Positions 48,593 to 63,200 of a stretch of 64,000 nt of DNA are shown here, in pieces. The position numbers were made by a program, and so were the translations under genes. Location of the stretch: NCBI GenBank assembly GCA_030390025.1, contig CM059432.1, positions 112,408,001-112,472,000 on the forward strand. Direction: 5' to 3'. How positions within the stretch are numbered: position 1 is the stretch's first letter; each line of letters starts with the position of its first letter. The stretch comes from Squalus acanthias. Taxonomy: Eukaryota. Below the pieces are notes generated by a model, which saw only the letters and a list, made by a program, of their open reading frames with translations, did not search any database and was not told the DNA's origin.

Positions 48593-50234
48593 TTCTGACA
48601 ATTAACCTTTTTTAAATATTTTTTTCACAATTTTACATTGGCTTACATATTGCTGCAGTTGCAAACTTTTGATTACATATCATTTACAGAGAAGCATATA
48701 CTGATGCAATTAGTTTTTTTGGGCTAGCTTTATATTCTGGTATAGTAGTGTAGCATTCTTCAAGATCAGGCAGTAAGAATGGTAAATGGAAGGGTTGTGT
48801 CTGGGAAGAGTCACATGGGGATAGCATTGGGTTTATTTGCTATTCTTTAAATATATACATCAAGGGACATTCTTTGTAATAACCAATTGTTGATTCTAGT
48901 GAACACATCACACATAATTAATTGATTTGTTTTTGGTGCTATGCTGATTTTTATTCTTTTCTCTCCAGCTCTCTCTTTGTCCCTCCATATCTTAAACCAT
49001 CTGTGGAGGGCAAATAACCAAGCCTTTGTCAAAGTTGTTCTGTCTTCATAACCAGCTTCCAGAAGGCTGGCCACACTGGTTCACCCCTCACCTCCATTTG
49101 TCACCTCCTCACGGTGGAGCACCTCAGATGGAGAGCTCACTGTGTGGGGAATTACTGGAGTGAACCTGTGTTATAACACTTCGTGGCACAACACATTAGA
49201 GCTTCACCTTGCCACCTACTGTGATCGCATTCTTGCTGTAGTACAAGTCAATGGAATGAATTCAAGATTAAATTATAGACTATAGACCAGTAGAATAGGG
49301 GCCTGAGGAGTTGAGAGGCTTATCAACAGCATCAATTACAGACAAGAAGTTCAGGCACTAAATGATAGTAAAGGACATTTATCTGAACATATTAAAGTTA
49401 AGTGCAGTGTGGTAATGTTTAATTAAATAAATGTACTTACAATTTTAAATTCCAAGGTACTGCCCTGCTTGTGATCGCTATGACTACGACTGTTTTCGCC
49501 TGTGCCATTAACATTCATGACAAACTCCACAAGACCCATCTGTTTCATCTTTATTTTCTTTGCAGTGAATCTAAGAGCAGCAGTGTGCCATGGATGTGTA
49601 TCCATTGGGAACGGGAAACAGACTGGGACTGCCTGAACTCATCATGTGTAGGACTCTCATATTAATATTCCACTGGGTGGAATGCAGAGGGGAAAATCGG
49701 AGGGAGAGGATTGCACACCCATAACGGAGCCTTCCTGATTTTCCATCTGTTAATTTAAATAGATTGAAGTTTGGCAGTCTCTGATACAGGCGGCGATACT
49801 CCCTGCCCTATTTTTCTCTATGTAATCTGCCCAAACAATTATTTACGCCCAAGTGCAAAAGACAAAAATCTGCTTCCCTCCCATCTAGGTTGACCCGTGA
49901 AAAATAGTCACTTAAGCGAGGTACTGGAAACAGCTGACACAGTGCAACCATATCCCAGCGCAAGTCAGCACCTTTGGGAGGAAATTGCTGGAGAAAAATG
50001 CTAAAAACAGCAACAATTTCTGTAATTCAAAAATGCCAAAAATAAATACTTAAGACCATCATCTTCCACCCCCCACCCCCATTATTTTTATCTATCTTAT
50101 TTTAATTTTTCTTAAATATGAATGTTGAAGACAACATTAGGAATAGCTGGAGGTATTTACAGAGCCTATTATGAGATAGCATGAAAGTATTCGATTAACA
50201 TGTACAACTGAAATGATGAGATATGTATTTACGT

Positions 50235-50600
50235 TGAATTACATAGAATTTACAGCACAGAAACAGGCCATTTGGCCCAACTGGTTTATACCGATGTTTA
50301 TTCTCCACACGAGCCTCCTTCCTCTTTACTTCATCTAACCCTATCAGCATATCCTTCTATCAGCATATCCTTCTATTCCTTACTCCCTCATGTACTTATC
50401 TAATTTCCCCTTAAATGCATCAATGCTATTTGCCTCAACTACTCCATGTGGTAGCAAGTTCCACATTCTAACCAGATCAGCCATGATCTCCTTGAATGGC
50501 AGAACAGGCCCGAGGGGCTGAATTGGCTACTCCTGTTTCTATGTTCCTAACCAGTCTCTGGGTAAAGAAGTTCCTCCTGAATTCCTTATTGGATTTATTA
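50235..50600. mobile_element. Two nested short CR1 tail fragments
   Basis: Minus-strand tail (acatagaatttacagcacagaaacaggcc). A plus-strand tail at ~50474-50546 sits between TTCTAACCAG and TCCTAACCAG. Confidence 0.65.
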
Positions 50601-50704
50601 GTGACTCTTATATTAGTGACTCCACATCTTATGTTTATGACAGTGATGGTATGTTATTTGTGCTCCCTGGTGAATTGTTGAAAGAAGCTATCATTCAGTG
50701 TATT

Positions 50705-53700
50705 CATAGAATCATAGAAATTTACGGCACAGAAGGAGGCCATTCGACCCATTGTGTCTGTGCCGACTGAAAAAGAGCTATCCAGCCTAATCCCACTTCC
50801 CAGCTCTTGGTCCGTAGCCTTGTAGGTTACCACACTTCAAGTGCATATCCAAGTACTTTTTAAATGTGATGAGCATTTCTGCCTCTACCACCCTTTCAGG
50901 CAGTGAGTTCCAGACCCCCATCACCCTCTGGGTGAAAAAAGCTCTCCTCAACCCACATCTAATCCTTCTACCAATTACTTTAAATCTATGTCCCCTGGTT
51001 ATTGACCTCTCTGCTAAGGGAAATAGGTCCTTCCTAACCACTCTATCTAGACCCCTCATAATTTTATACACCTCAATTAAATCACCCCTCAGTCTCCGCT
51101 GTTCCAAAGAAAACAACCCCAGCCTATCCAATCTTTCCTCATAGCTAAAATTCCCCAGCCCAGGCAACATCCTCGTAAATCTCCTCTGCACCCTCTCTAG
51201 TGCAATCACATCTTTCCTGTAATGTGGTGACCAGAACTGTACACAGTACTCTAGCTGTGCCTAACGAGTGTTTTGTACAGTTCAAGCATAACCTCCCTGC
51301 TATGCTTCGGCTAATAAAGGAAAGTATCCTGTATGCCTTCTTAACCACCTTATCTACCTGTCCTGCTACTTTCAGGGATCTGTGGACATGCACTCCAAGG
51401 TCCCTCTGTTCCTCTACACTTCTCAGTATCCTACCATTTATTGTGTATTCCCTTGCCTTGTTAGCCCTCCCCAAATGTATTACCTCACACTTCTCCGGAT
51501 TGAAATCCATTTGCCACTTTTCTGCCCACCTGACCAGTCCATTGATATCTTCCTGCAGTCTACAGCATTCTTCCTCACCTACCAACCATATGGCCAATTT
51601 TCATATCATCTGCAAACTTCTTAATCATGCCCCCTATATTGAAGTCTAAATCATTGATGTATACCACAAAAAGCAAGGGACCTAGTACTGAGCCCTGCGG
51701 AACCCTACTGGAAACAGCTTTCCAGTCACAAAAACATCCGTTGACCATTACCCTTTGCTTCCTGCCACTGAGCCAATTTCGGATCCAACTTGCCACTTTC
51801 CCTTGGATCCCATGGGCTTTTATTTTTCTGACCAGTCTGCCACATGGGACCTTGGCAAAGGCTTTGCTAAAATCTATGTTGACTACATCAAACGCACTAC
51901 CCTCATCAACCCTCCTTGTTACCTCCTCAAAAAATTCAATCAAGTTAGTCAGACACGACCTTCCCTTAATAAATCCATGCTGACTGTCCCTGATTAATCC
52001 GTGCCTTTCAATGATGATTAATACTGTCCCTCAGAATTTTTTCCAACAATTTGCCCACCACCGACCTTAGGCTGACTGGCCTGTAATTGCTCGATCTAAC
52101 CCTTTCTCCCTTTTTAAACAACGGTACAACGTTAGCAGTCCTCCAGTCCTCCAGCACCACACCTGTAGCCAGAGAGGATTGGAAAATGATGGTCAGAGCC
52201 TCCCCTATTTCCTCCATTGCTTCTCTTAACAGCCTGGGATACATTTCATTCGGGCCTGGCGATTTATATACTTTCAAAGATGCTAAACCCCTTAATATTT
52301 CCTCTTTCACTATGTTTATCTCATCTAATATTTCACACTCCTCCTCCTTAACTACAATGTCTAAATCAGCCCTCTCTTTTGTGAAGACAGATGCAAAGTA
52401 TTCATTGAGAACCAGACCCATGACTTCCGCCTCCACACACAAGCTTCCTTTTTGGTCTTTAATAGGCCCTACTATTTCTTTAGTTATCCACTTGCTCTGT
52501 ATGTATTTATAAAACATCTTTGAGTTTTCCTTAATTTTAGTTGCCTATAATTTTTCATGCCCTCGCTTTGCTTTCTTAATTTCCTTTTTTAATGTCACCC
52601 CTGCACTTTCTATACTCCTCTAGGCTTTCTGCTGTATTTAGTTCTCAGTATCTGACATAAGCTTCCTTTTTTTGCCTTGTCCTACTCTGTATGCCCCTTG
52701 ACATCCAGGGGCTCTAGATTTGGGAGTCCCACACTTTTTCTTTGTGGGAACATATTTGTTCTGAACCCCCACTATCTCCTCCTTGAATGTATCCCACTGC
52801 TCTGACACTGATTTACCTTCAAGTAGCTGTTTCCAGTCCACTTTTGCTAAATCACATCTCAGCTTAGTAAAATTAGCTTTTCCCCAATTGAGAACTTTTA
52901 CTTCTGATCTATCTTTGTCCTTTTCCATAACTACGCTAAATCTAACTGAATTATGCTCACTGCCACCAAAATGCTCTCCCACTGATACCCCTTCCACCTG
53001 CCCAGCTTCATTCCCTAAAACTAAGTCCAGAACTGCCCCCTCTCTTGTTGGGCTTGCTATGTACTGGCTAAAAAAGTTCTCCTGAATGCATTTGAAGAAT
53101 TCTGCACCTGCTATACCTTTTACACTGATTCAATCTCAGTTAATATTCAGGTAGTTAAAATCCTCTACTATTACTGCCCTATTGGAGTATAAAAGCAGGG
53201 AAGTCCTGCTACAACTGTACAGGGTATTGGTGAGACCACACCTGGAGTACTGCGTACAGTTTTGGTCTCCTTATTTAAGGAGGGATATACTTGCATTGGA
53301 GGCAGTTCAGAGAAGGTTCAAGAGGTTGATTCCTGAGATGAAGGGGTTGACTTATGAAGAAAGGTTGAGCAGGCTGGGCCTATACTCATTGGAGTTTAGA
53401 AGAATGAGAGGGGATCTTATTGAAACATATAAGATACTGAGGGGGCTTGACAAGGTAGATGCAGAGAAGATGTTTCCCCTCATGTGGGAATCTAGAACTA
53501 GGGGGCATAGTTTCAGAATAAGGGGTCGCCCATTTAAAACAGAGATGAGAAGGAATTTCTTCTCTCAAAGGGTCGTGAATCTTTGGAATTCTCTTCCCCA
53601 GAGAGCTGTGGAGGCTAGGTCATTGAATATATTTAAGGTGGAGATAGACAGATTTTTGAACAATAAGGGAGTGATGGGTTATGGGGAGCGGGCAGGGAAA

Positions 53701-54200
53701 TGGAGCTGAGCCCAAGATCAGATCAGCCATGATCTCATTAAATGGCGGAGCAGGCTCGAGGGGCCAAATGGCCTACTCCTGCTCCTATTTCTTATGTTAT
53801 TGTTTTTGCACTTCTCAGAAATTTGCCTATGTATTTGCTCTTCTATCTCCCTCTGACTATTTGGGGGTCTATAGTACACTCCCAGCAGTGTAATTGCCAC
53901 TTTTTTGTTCTTCAGCTCAACCCATATGGCTTCATTTGATGATCTTTCTAACATATCATCCCTCCTCACAGCTGTAATTGTTTCTTTAACCAATATTGTG
54001 AACCCCCCTCCTTTTTTATCCCCCTCTATCTCGTCTGAAAACCCTGTAACCAGCTTCCACATGTCTATCTGTGCCCTCAACTCATATGCCCTATTCACTA
54101 GACTCCTTGCATTGAAGTATATACCATTAAGCACTGCCAAACCCCTTGTTGTCTATTTTCTAGCCTTTGTTTCCTCTGCCTTCCAAATTCACTTACTATT
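50705..54200 (-). mobile_element. Long CR1 LINE (endonuclease + RT), degenerate
   Basis: Successive ORFs: YFNARSL..GVYYRPPN (53718-54140), 52638-52997, KSPGPNEMYPRLL..NYRPVSL (52008-52517), IDFSKAF..VPQGSVLGP..KFADD (51575-51943), 50787-51209. Confidence 0.93.
53182..53797 (+). mobile_element. CR1 3' fragment inserted antisense into the long CR1
   Basis: ORF 53182-53709 is near-identical in protein to 14953-15480. TATTG at both junctions. Confidence 0.9.
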
Positions 54201-56341
54201 AACTATCTTGTGCTTCTGTTTCAGCCCTGTTTGTATATTTTATAGTTATAGTGTGACAAAAATGAGGCATGTTTGTTTACATTTTAGCATCTTCTTTAAT
54301 TTTTTCATGTTACATAAGGGAGGCATTGATTCAGGTGGGCAAATGGATGCACAAGGACCCCGCTGGATTTTTCTCTGCCAGATATCTGTTTTTCAGGTGA
54401 GGCACTGGCAACCGGCAGTTGAAAATCCCCTCCTTAGAATATGAGAGAAATCGAAACCTTGAAGTCGAGAATTGAAATCTCATGTACAGAACAAAATTTG
54501 AGTTTTACTGTAATTTATTTGCTTTCATTTCAAATATTACATTAATAATAAAAAATATAATTGTTTCATGCAATGCATAGCTACAACGTAGCTGTTGAAG
54601 GAGATCTATAAATATTACGATGTGACTTATCACTGTGCTATGGTAGAAATGTATACATTTCTTGCGTTATCTGAAGATTGCAGTGGTGAGAGCCTTGGTT
54701 AAACAGTAGGATTTGGAGTTCAGAGGTAGCTGCTGCCACCACAGACCACTTGAAGCAATCTTTCCCTCTTCTGAACCTTTATTCTGAACAACATAAACAT
54801 GGAGGACACAAGAATTCTGTTGGAACTGGAAGTCTATAGATGCCTCCAACAAGTACATATTAATGTCATCAGGACTCATAGGACCAAGGATGCCACCTGT
54901 GACTGAACATTCCAGACACAGAATTCATTCTACATGTGAAATGGGATTGAAAGGGTGGCACAGAAGGGTGAAAAAGATAACACTGAAGACCTAAGTGAGA
55001 AAAGTAACATGCTTTACTTAGACAACTTTAAAAAAAATACAGGTAAATGAAATTTTAACTTGGAATTTAAAGCTATATATGAATAGTTGTAATTATCTCC
55101 ACTACAGTCTGATGTAGTAACTGGACATGGATCCAATAATAAGTGCAAATAAATGTAAAAGAAAATCCAAGTACAATATCTGCGATGCAACTATTATTCT
55201 ATGCAATACTGCAAAAACATTTGATAATGATAGTGATGAAAAACAACAATATTACCATATCAATGTCTACGCTAAAATATAACCTCCACTAAAATTTTCT
55301 GACTCATTTCTATTTGCAGATATTTCAAGCTGGCTGGTGAGATTTGTGAGAACTCGGTCCCTTGAGGGATGATCCATAGATGCTGTTCCAGATCAGGGTC
55401 ACCTCAGTTATAGGAGAAATGTATGCTGACCCCAGAACCCCAGTAGAAAGGCTAGATTCCAGAGCAATATGGAAGAAAGTTGATGGTCCTGGACCAGTGT
55501 GATGAGCAAATTGAGTAGAGGGCCAATCTGCTCTATCAACTGTGCCTAGCTCAGCTTGTATGATATTGCATAGTGTCACTATGTCAGTGTGCATTGTGCA
55601 CTTGGATGTCCACATTGTTAGTGGTCTACTTCAATAGATGAATATACTCTGGTGCAAATGGTGATATGGTAGGGAGAGCACTTACCTCATATGAGTGATT
55701 TATCTCTTCCTCCACTGGTGCATGTTTGAGATACCCAGAGAATGTTCTATAAAGGATCCCGTGGCAGGTTTTCCTGGTCTTTGACAGCATACTGTGGACT
55801 CCCTTCCTTGGGTGGCAAATGTTCGGTAGCTTTAGAGGATTCATCGTTATCTCTGTCCTCTGAGGTGGTTATGGCCTTGGGGATGATTGCAGTGGAGTTG
55901 GATGAAGATGACTCATCTGTGGAGACAAGAAGAACATTAAATAATTTCTATATTTCTACATGCACTGAAAATAGAGAGAGACTGTTGTGGACACTGGACA
56001 GATGTATAATACTTTATGCAGGCCAAGAACAGCTATGAAATATTTACAAGAGTATTTGTATGTATTAGTGATTTCACAAAATCATGTTAGCAAGCTGATT
56101 AAGGTTGGCATTATTCACATTGCCTTCTAATGACTTTTACTATACTGGGAGATTGTTGCTCACATTGCCATACTCCTGGGAGTCTGAGCCAAGGCTTCTC
56201 CCATGTGAGTGTTTTGAATAGCTTCACTATCATTTCCTAAGCATTGTGAATTATTTTTTAGACAGGTCAGAAACATTTATTGGTGTACTTTAGATCATTA
56301 CAAATTAAAATCAATTTTATTAATACTCTGGTCAAACATGC

Positions 56342-58408
56342 CAACAACAACAACAACAACTTGCATTTATATGTCGCCTATAACTAGTAAAACATCCTAA
56401 GATGCTTCACTGGAGCGTTATCAAACAAAATTTGACACCAAGCCACATAAGGCAATATTAGGACAGAGGCAGGTTTAAAGGAGCATTTTAAAGGAACAGA
56501 GCGAAGTTGAGAGGCGGAGAGAATTAGGGAGTGAATTCCAGAGCTTAAAGCCTAGGCAGCTGAAGGTACAGCCGCCAGTAGTGGAGTGATGAAAATTGGG
56601 GATGCGCAGGAGGCCTTAATTGGAGGAGCGCCGAGATCTCAGTAGGTTGTAGGGCTGGAGGAGGTTACAGAGCTAGGGAGAGGCGAGGCATGGAGGGATT
56701 TAAAAACATGGATGAGAATTTTAAAATCAAGGCGTTGTCGGACAAGGAACCAATGTAGGTCAGCGAGCACTTGGTGCGAGTTAGGATACGGGCAGCAGAG
56801 TTTTCGACGAGCTCAAGTTTACGGAGGGTGCAAGGTGGGAGGCCGACCAGGAGAGCATTGGAATAATTGAGTCTAGTGGTAAAAAAGGCATGGATGAGGG
56901 TTTCAGCAGCAGATGAGCTGAGGCAGGGGCGGAATGGGTGATGTTACAAAGGGGGATGTAGGCAGTCTTAGTGATGGAGAGGATATGGGGTCGGAAGCTC
57001 AGCTCAGGGTCAAATAGGATGGCAAGGTTGTGATGGAGTCGGTGGCTAGGGAACGGAGTTTGTGACAGAGGCTGAAACAATGGCTTTGGTCTTCCCAATA
57101 ATTAATTGGAGGAAATTTCTGCTCATCCTATACTGGATGTCAGACAAGCAGCGTGACAATCAGAGGCAGTGGAGGGGTCGAGAGAGGTGGTGGTGAGGTA
57201 GAGCTGGGTGTCGTCCGCGTACATGTGGAACCTGGCGTTGTGTTTTCAGATGATGTCGCCTAGACAGCATAGAAATGATAAATAGGAGAGGGTGATGACG
57301 GCAGATTTGAATGGGAGGGGGGTTGGTACCTGAGGAGAGGGAACCACTAACAATATCAGTTAACATGGAGTCCAGGAACGGAAGTTGGGTGATCAGCAAT
57401 TTGGTGGGAATTAGGTTGAGGGAGCAGGAGGCAGATCTCATGGACAAGATGAGCTCAGATAGGGCATAAGAGAGGATAGAAGAAAAGTAGAATAAGATGC
57501 GAGTTCAGAGCTAGGGCAGGGTGGAACCTTAGGGGAGGTTTGGTTTGGTGGGATAGGGGAAGGGAAAGAAATGGCAGAGACAGCTGAACGGATGGTCTCA
57601 ATCTCAGTGACAAAGAAGTCCTTGAGCTCTTTGCACTTGTTGGTGGAGGGGGCAGGGGAGAGAGGTTTAAGAAGACGGTTTGTAGTGGAGAAGGGCAGCT
57701 GGGGATTATATTTGCATTCCAGGATGATCCTAGAATAGTGAGCAGTTTTGGCAAGGGAGAGCAGGACCCAATAGAGCTTTATGTGGTACAGCCAGATCTG
57801 ACGATGAATGGCTAAACCAGATGTCTGCCATAAATGTTTAAGCCTGTGTCCCTTGGACTTAACAAAGCAGCGATGGGGTCCATATCAGGGTTAGAGAGAG
57901 TAGTGTTTTAGTGGAATAAAGGCATCAAAGGTGGAGGTGAGAGTGTGATTGAGCAGATTGGTAGCTGCAGAAATGTCGTGGTGAATGAAGGGCCAGAGGC
58001 TAGACAGTTGAGAAGTTGAAAGTACTGTTGTAAGTGACTTGGGGAGAGAGTTTTTTTCCTGGGATGGACACAGAAGGAAGGGGGATGTGAGTGGAGAGGG
58101 ATACAAGGAAGTGATCAGAGATGGCCTTATCTGTGATTGACACAATGGGAGTAGAGGGGTCATGTGAGATGGCAAGGTTGAGGGGGTAGCCATGAATATG
58201 GGTAGGAGAGGTTAAGGGAGGATAGGAGGACAGTGAACTCAGAGGAGAGAGGTCATGATAAGTTGAGATGGAGGTTGAAATCACCAAAGATAAGAAGTTG
58301 CTCGGTGTAGAGGGTGAGGGTGGAATGCTACAGATATCTTGTTGAGAAATTTGGCATGGTACTTGGGTGGGTGGTAGTGAACAAGGATTTTAAAGGAGAG
58401 GCGAGAGG
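56342..58408 (-). mobile_element. L2 LINE, degenerate with deletions
   Basis: (CAA)n tail at 56342-56360. Decayed L2 RT phrases: HMYADDTQLY at ~57200-57230, NLAILFDPELSFRPHI, HIHGYPLNLAIS. Confidence 0.85.
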
Positions 58409-58564
58409 GAACATAGGAACAGGTGTAGACCATTCAGCCCCTCAAACCTGTTCTGCCCTTCAATGAGGTCATGGGTGGAACAAGGTGAGATGCTCAAAGA
58501 AAGAGAAGGTGCCAGAGGAGTAGGGGAGCAAACCAAGGTGTGACTTGGTGATAAGAGCTACACC

Positions 58565-58855
58565 ACCACCATTTGGTGTTAAGGAACTTGAATGCCACAT
58601 TCTGGTCTGGTCATTGAAGTACATAGTGAACATCCAAGTTGTGGAAGTGGTTCAGAGAAGGGCCACAAGGCTGATCTCTAATGTCAAACATCTGAGTTAT
58701 CAAGAAACATTAGAAAAAAGTAGTCTCTTCAGCCTTATAGCAGTGCATTCAATACTAAGTGGAATAGAAAGGATTAATCTGAAACACTAAGCCAGAACTA
58801 TAGGACAAGTGGGTATAAGTACAAACTAGTAAAGGGCAAGTTCAGGACTGAAATA
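58565..58855 (+). mobile_element. Old CR1 fragment
   Basis: LECHILVWS..EVVQRRATRLI..LSYQETLEK..LFSL. Confidence 0.65.
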
Positions 58856-59388
58856 AATTTAACTCACTTTAACTCATGGATGATTAATTTGAAACCCAAT
58901 ACCATCTTTGATTTTTTTTCACTAACTCTCTGTTCCTTTTCAAACTATCATATGTAACCTTGATGTTTTTAATAATAAGCTGCACCTCTTCTCTTGTACA
59001 TTGTGTTGTGAAAGTAGTCTCCTTAGTAGCTTGATCATGCAACTGAACAACTGAATAATTCCAAGGAACAATCCTCAACCTAACGAGAAAGATGCAGACC
59101 TTGATGTGAGAAGTACAGTTCTGAAGGTTGCCAGTATAATAATGACACAAATCACACATGCTTTAAGGGTAGTTATTAATGGTCTTGAGGATTACCTTAC
59201 ATATTCTGCCTGTAAAGGTGCTCAAGTCTAATTTTGTAATGTCATTGAAAGTGTTGAATATTGTGAACTTGTATTGCTGAGTTCATTGAGAACTCCGTAA
59301 GAAAGTGGAAAACACATTGGTAAGAATGTAGTTGGAGCTATCACCTGTGCATACTGTATAATGGAGAAACCTCATTCTGTACTAACAG

Positions 59389-59547
59389 GACCACTTGAAG
59401 ACACAGTTGAGGACGATGAGGAAGAATGTTTGTCTGAAGAAAATGATACAATCAGCAGAGGAGACTACACACTGGAGGAAAACTTCTCGGCAGACTATGG
59501 CTCAGAACATCTCAGCTGTGAAGAAGCAGAATATTACTGCGGTAAAG
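59389..59547 (+). CDS. ZFPM2: Zinc finger protein, FOG family member 2 (FOG2), internal coding exon (exon 2)
   Basis: Translation PLEDTVEDDEEECLSEENDTISRGDYTLEENFSADYGSEHLSCEEAEYYCGK closely matches the recalled N-terminus of mammalian ZFPM2 ([52 protein letters not shown]). Acceptor ...tactaacAG ends at 59388; donor GTAAGT starts at 59548. Length 159 nt, phase 1/1. Confidence 0.93.
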
Positions 59548-60216
59548 GTAAGTGGCGCTAACACATTTTACAATCATACAGATGTTGCTTTTGGTCCACT
59601 GGGTGTTAGTGCATTATTCTAGTCCCTAAATTCTCTATCATGGAAGGATATTTGCATTAAATGCTATTCCTGGGTTCAATATTTCAGGGAGTGTTAGTCT
59701 ATCACTCGAGTTCTGTTTTTAGTTAAAGAGTATATTAGTGCACTGCTGCACTTTCTCCTGCCTGAAACCTGGCTCGACAAAGCTGTGTGCAGTGTTTCCA
59801 CATTGTGTTCTCTATTGAAAATGGTTGCCAGCTTTTCCATTCTGGACAAGAGATTCTGTATACTGCATGACTATGAATAGTTGGTGTACTCTTATTTATA
59901 GTAGCCAATCACTACTCTGTGGCTTAAAAGATTTTAATGATGATGTGTTAGTGCTGGGATTGCTAGTGAAATTAAAATGTTCAGTACCTTTCTTAATAAT
60001 ATCTGCTGGCATTTAGCCCAGCTGGACAGTTATAGCTTAAATTATCTATCATTAGATCTCAGAAGCCTATTCAGTAAAAGTAATCTAAAATAGAGAAAGT
60101 CTTAGGCACCTACATTTTGACCCATGACTATAGTATGTCCTATTAACAGATCTTGGTATCATTATCTATCTTGTTAGATGTTATGATGCCACAGTATGAT
60201 CCTTTACTGATACAAT

Positions 60217-63200
60217 GGGCAGAACTTTCATTGACCCGTGGAGGCGGGTTTGGAGGCGTGTGGGGGGTTAAAATTGCGAAAACTGCAGAAGCCCGTCTCC
60301 ATCCCGCCTCCACGCAATTTTCATTAAATCGTGTCTGCTGGTCTCGACTCCGTCCCGCCTCCAAGAGGCAGGATAGGCCGTTAAGACCCTTAACAAGCAC
60401 TAAATTGCCTCTATAATGCCATTTTGAAAGGCCTTTGTGATTTTAACCCTTTTTCCACGTGAAGCACGCCAGTTCTGAACCACGAATGTGAAACCTGGCG
60501 GTAGCACATTTGGATTGCTGACTATCAGCTGCAGTTCAACCATGAAATAGGAGATGTGATCAGCCATCATTTGCAGTTGGCAGGACTTTGTTGTCTGAGG
60601 TCTGGGGGAACTTTTATATGGCATAACCACAGCTGTGGAAGTTTGGAACCTGACACCCATCTCCAGTGTGACCTCCTGGGAAACCCCTCTCGCCACCTTG
60701 ACTGAGCGCTTCCTCAACTGAGGCATATACCAGAAGCATGGGAACCATTTATTTCCTTTCCTCCTGGACATCAGATTTGGACGAAGACCAGCCGTGGCAG
60801 CAGCAGAACCATGAACAACAGCACCACCAGCAGCAGCAGCATCAACAGGAGTGCCAAGCTGCTCCTCACCCACCTGAAGCTGCACAGGCCAGAAGGCGCC
60901 AGCGCGCGACCACATTGCTGCCCGAGATGCAAGGGACGCACTTGACCAGATTTGCTTAGCCTGCACAATCAAACACTTTTGCCTCACACCTTCTTATCAG
61001 ACCATCGACAATGGCCAGGAACCTGCGGATTCCTATCACTCTGACCACCATACTGACAATTGCAAGTCATCCTAAGCCCTCAATGTGGAAGTCCCATTTG
61101 CAAACTGACAGACGCCACAACTTCAGCAGTTTGCCAGCAGAATTTTTAATCACACCAAGCAAGTGCTGGCATTTCAAGATTAAACACAACATTACACCCA
61201 AGTGACTACCCTTGTGACTACTTGTGCATTATTTTCCTCTTACACATGCTCCTACGTGGTGCTTCCCCTGTGGCTTCAGCAGATGTGGAGGCCCCTTGCT
61301 CACCTTCTTGCTGCTCCTGCCTCGACATCTTTGGCGGGCGTCCTCTGGGGTTGCGAGCTTGTGAGGACTCGGCAACAGTCTGCTGCTCCTGCGGCTGTGC
61401 AGGGGTTGAGACGCCGATCTCAGTTGGGTGAGGACTCTGGTGGGGCTCTGACCGAGGGCTTTGCAGTGGCTTGGACGTGTGAGCGCTTGGAGAGGAGCCC
61501 CCACTTCCTTGTTGTCTGCCACCAACATCCCTCTCATGGGTTAGCCCCACCTCAGCGCTTGCAAGTGGATTGATAGCACCTTTCTGCACATCAGGGGTGC
61601 CATGGGGACCCGTATCTGCACTGGAAGTCCTACTCAGAAGGACTTCCATGAAGGTCTGGTTTCTGTGTTCAATAGATGACCATCGCTCCTCAGGAGATGC
61701 CAGTCTATTCTGAACAATGACCATGTTTTCTACACTCTGGCGACTTATCTCCTCCATAGCCGTAGCCATCCTCTCCTCTACTGTAGCCATCCTTTCCACG
61801 GAAGTTGCCATCCTTTCCGTGGTGATGTGTTCATGCACCAGTGACTCCACAAAGGCTCTGCTCATGATCGCTATGGACTCCTCCATTCGCTCCGCACTCG
61901 CAGCGACCCTGGAGACAAAACCTGCCAGAGACTCCTGCATCTGTTCCTGGAGTTCCAGCACCGCTGATCTTATGGATGGACCCAGAGGCAGAGGGTCGAC
62001 ATGCAGCTGAGCCGAGCTAGGAGAGTCCTGCGCCCTCCGACTAGGACTCTCCACTGCTGTCCCTGTCTCCACTATCTGCTGATGCTCACTTGTGAGCTGT
62101 GATACACCAGGTGACAACACTACTCTATCTCGCGATGTTCCCTCCGAGGTGTGAGTGTCTGCGCTGGTGTTGGGTGCACTGAATTCAGCTGACGCGGCGC
62201 CCTCAGAGGTTGCAGCTTCCTCTGAGGAGTGGTGAGGCTCATGCTCTTCCTCCTGGACAGTGGGGACAGCTGCTCGCGATGGTCCTGGGGGGGAGTAAAG
62301 GAAAGAGTCAAAGATGTGAGTCCAAGGTTACATGCAGATTGCATATTGCAGATGATCATAAGTCAGTCTGCTGGAGCATCAGAATCATTATCAGTGACTC
62401 ATGCAATGTCAATGAGAGAGATGATAAACTATTCTGTCACCAGCTTGCTCTGATGCACCCGTCTGTCCGTCCCCCACTTGCGCATCCTCCTCCACTTCCA
62501 TGATCTCCAGGACCGCCTCCTCCCAGGTGGTGAGCTGGGCTACTGAGGGTGGCCCTCCTCCTGTCCTCGCTCTTTCCCTCTTATTGTGAGCTCTCTTTTC
62601 CTGCAATGAGGGAGACAAGTGGAGTTTGAGTGAGAATGAAGGAGTGAGTGTAGAGAATCTATATCATTGATGGTTAGAAGGAGACAAATTCGGAGTGAGG
62701 TGGCAAGACCATGGGCCCTCCCTGTGTGTTGTAAGTTGTTTTCATAGCATCACAGCGATAGGGAGTGTGAGGGCTGCATAGTCGAATAGTTAGGTGAATG
62801 TGACCATACAGAGAGAGGGAATGTGTAAGGGTGCAGGGATGTCAGTGTCAAGTGGGATGTGGAGGAAGAGGTTGTCAAAGCTGAGTGCTGGTGAGGAGAG
62901 GCAATGGGGATCAGAATGAGGGTGATGGGACATTCATACTCACTTTTCCAGTGCGCAGCAGGTCATGAAACCTCTTCCTGCACTGAAGCCAGGTTCTGCG
63001 GGTTATGGACAACGAGTTGACCTCCTCTGCCACCTGGATCCACACAGCCTTGGTTTGATGGGAAGGCTTCTTCCTCCCTGAAGAAGGGAAGAGCACCTCC
63101 TTATTAGCTCTGGCTCCCTCAATTAAAGCTTGCAGGGCGACATCATCAAATCAAGGTGCAGACCTAGATCTCTGGCTGGCCATTCTTCCTGCAGGTGCTT

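Noticed and set aside
50866..53085. Series of + strand ORFs
   Set aside because: Antisense shadows of the minus-strand CR1 ORF2.
59361..59561. 66-aa ORF as a standalone small gene
   Set aside because: The ATG and the last codons lie outside the splice sites. Only 59389-59547 matches ZFPM2.
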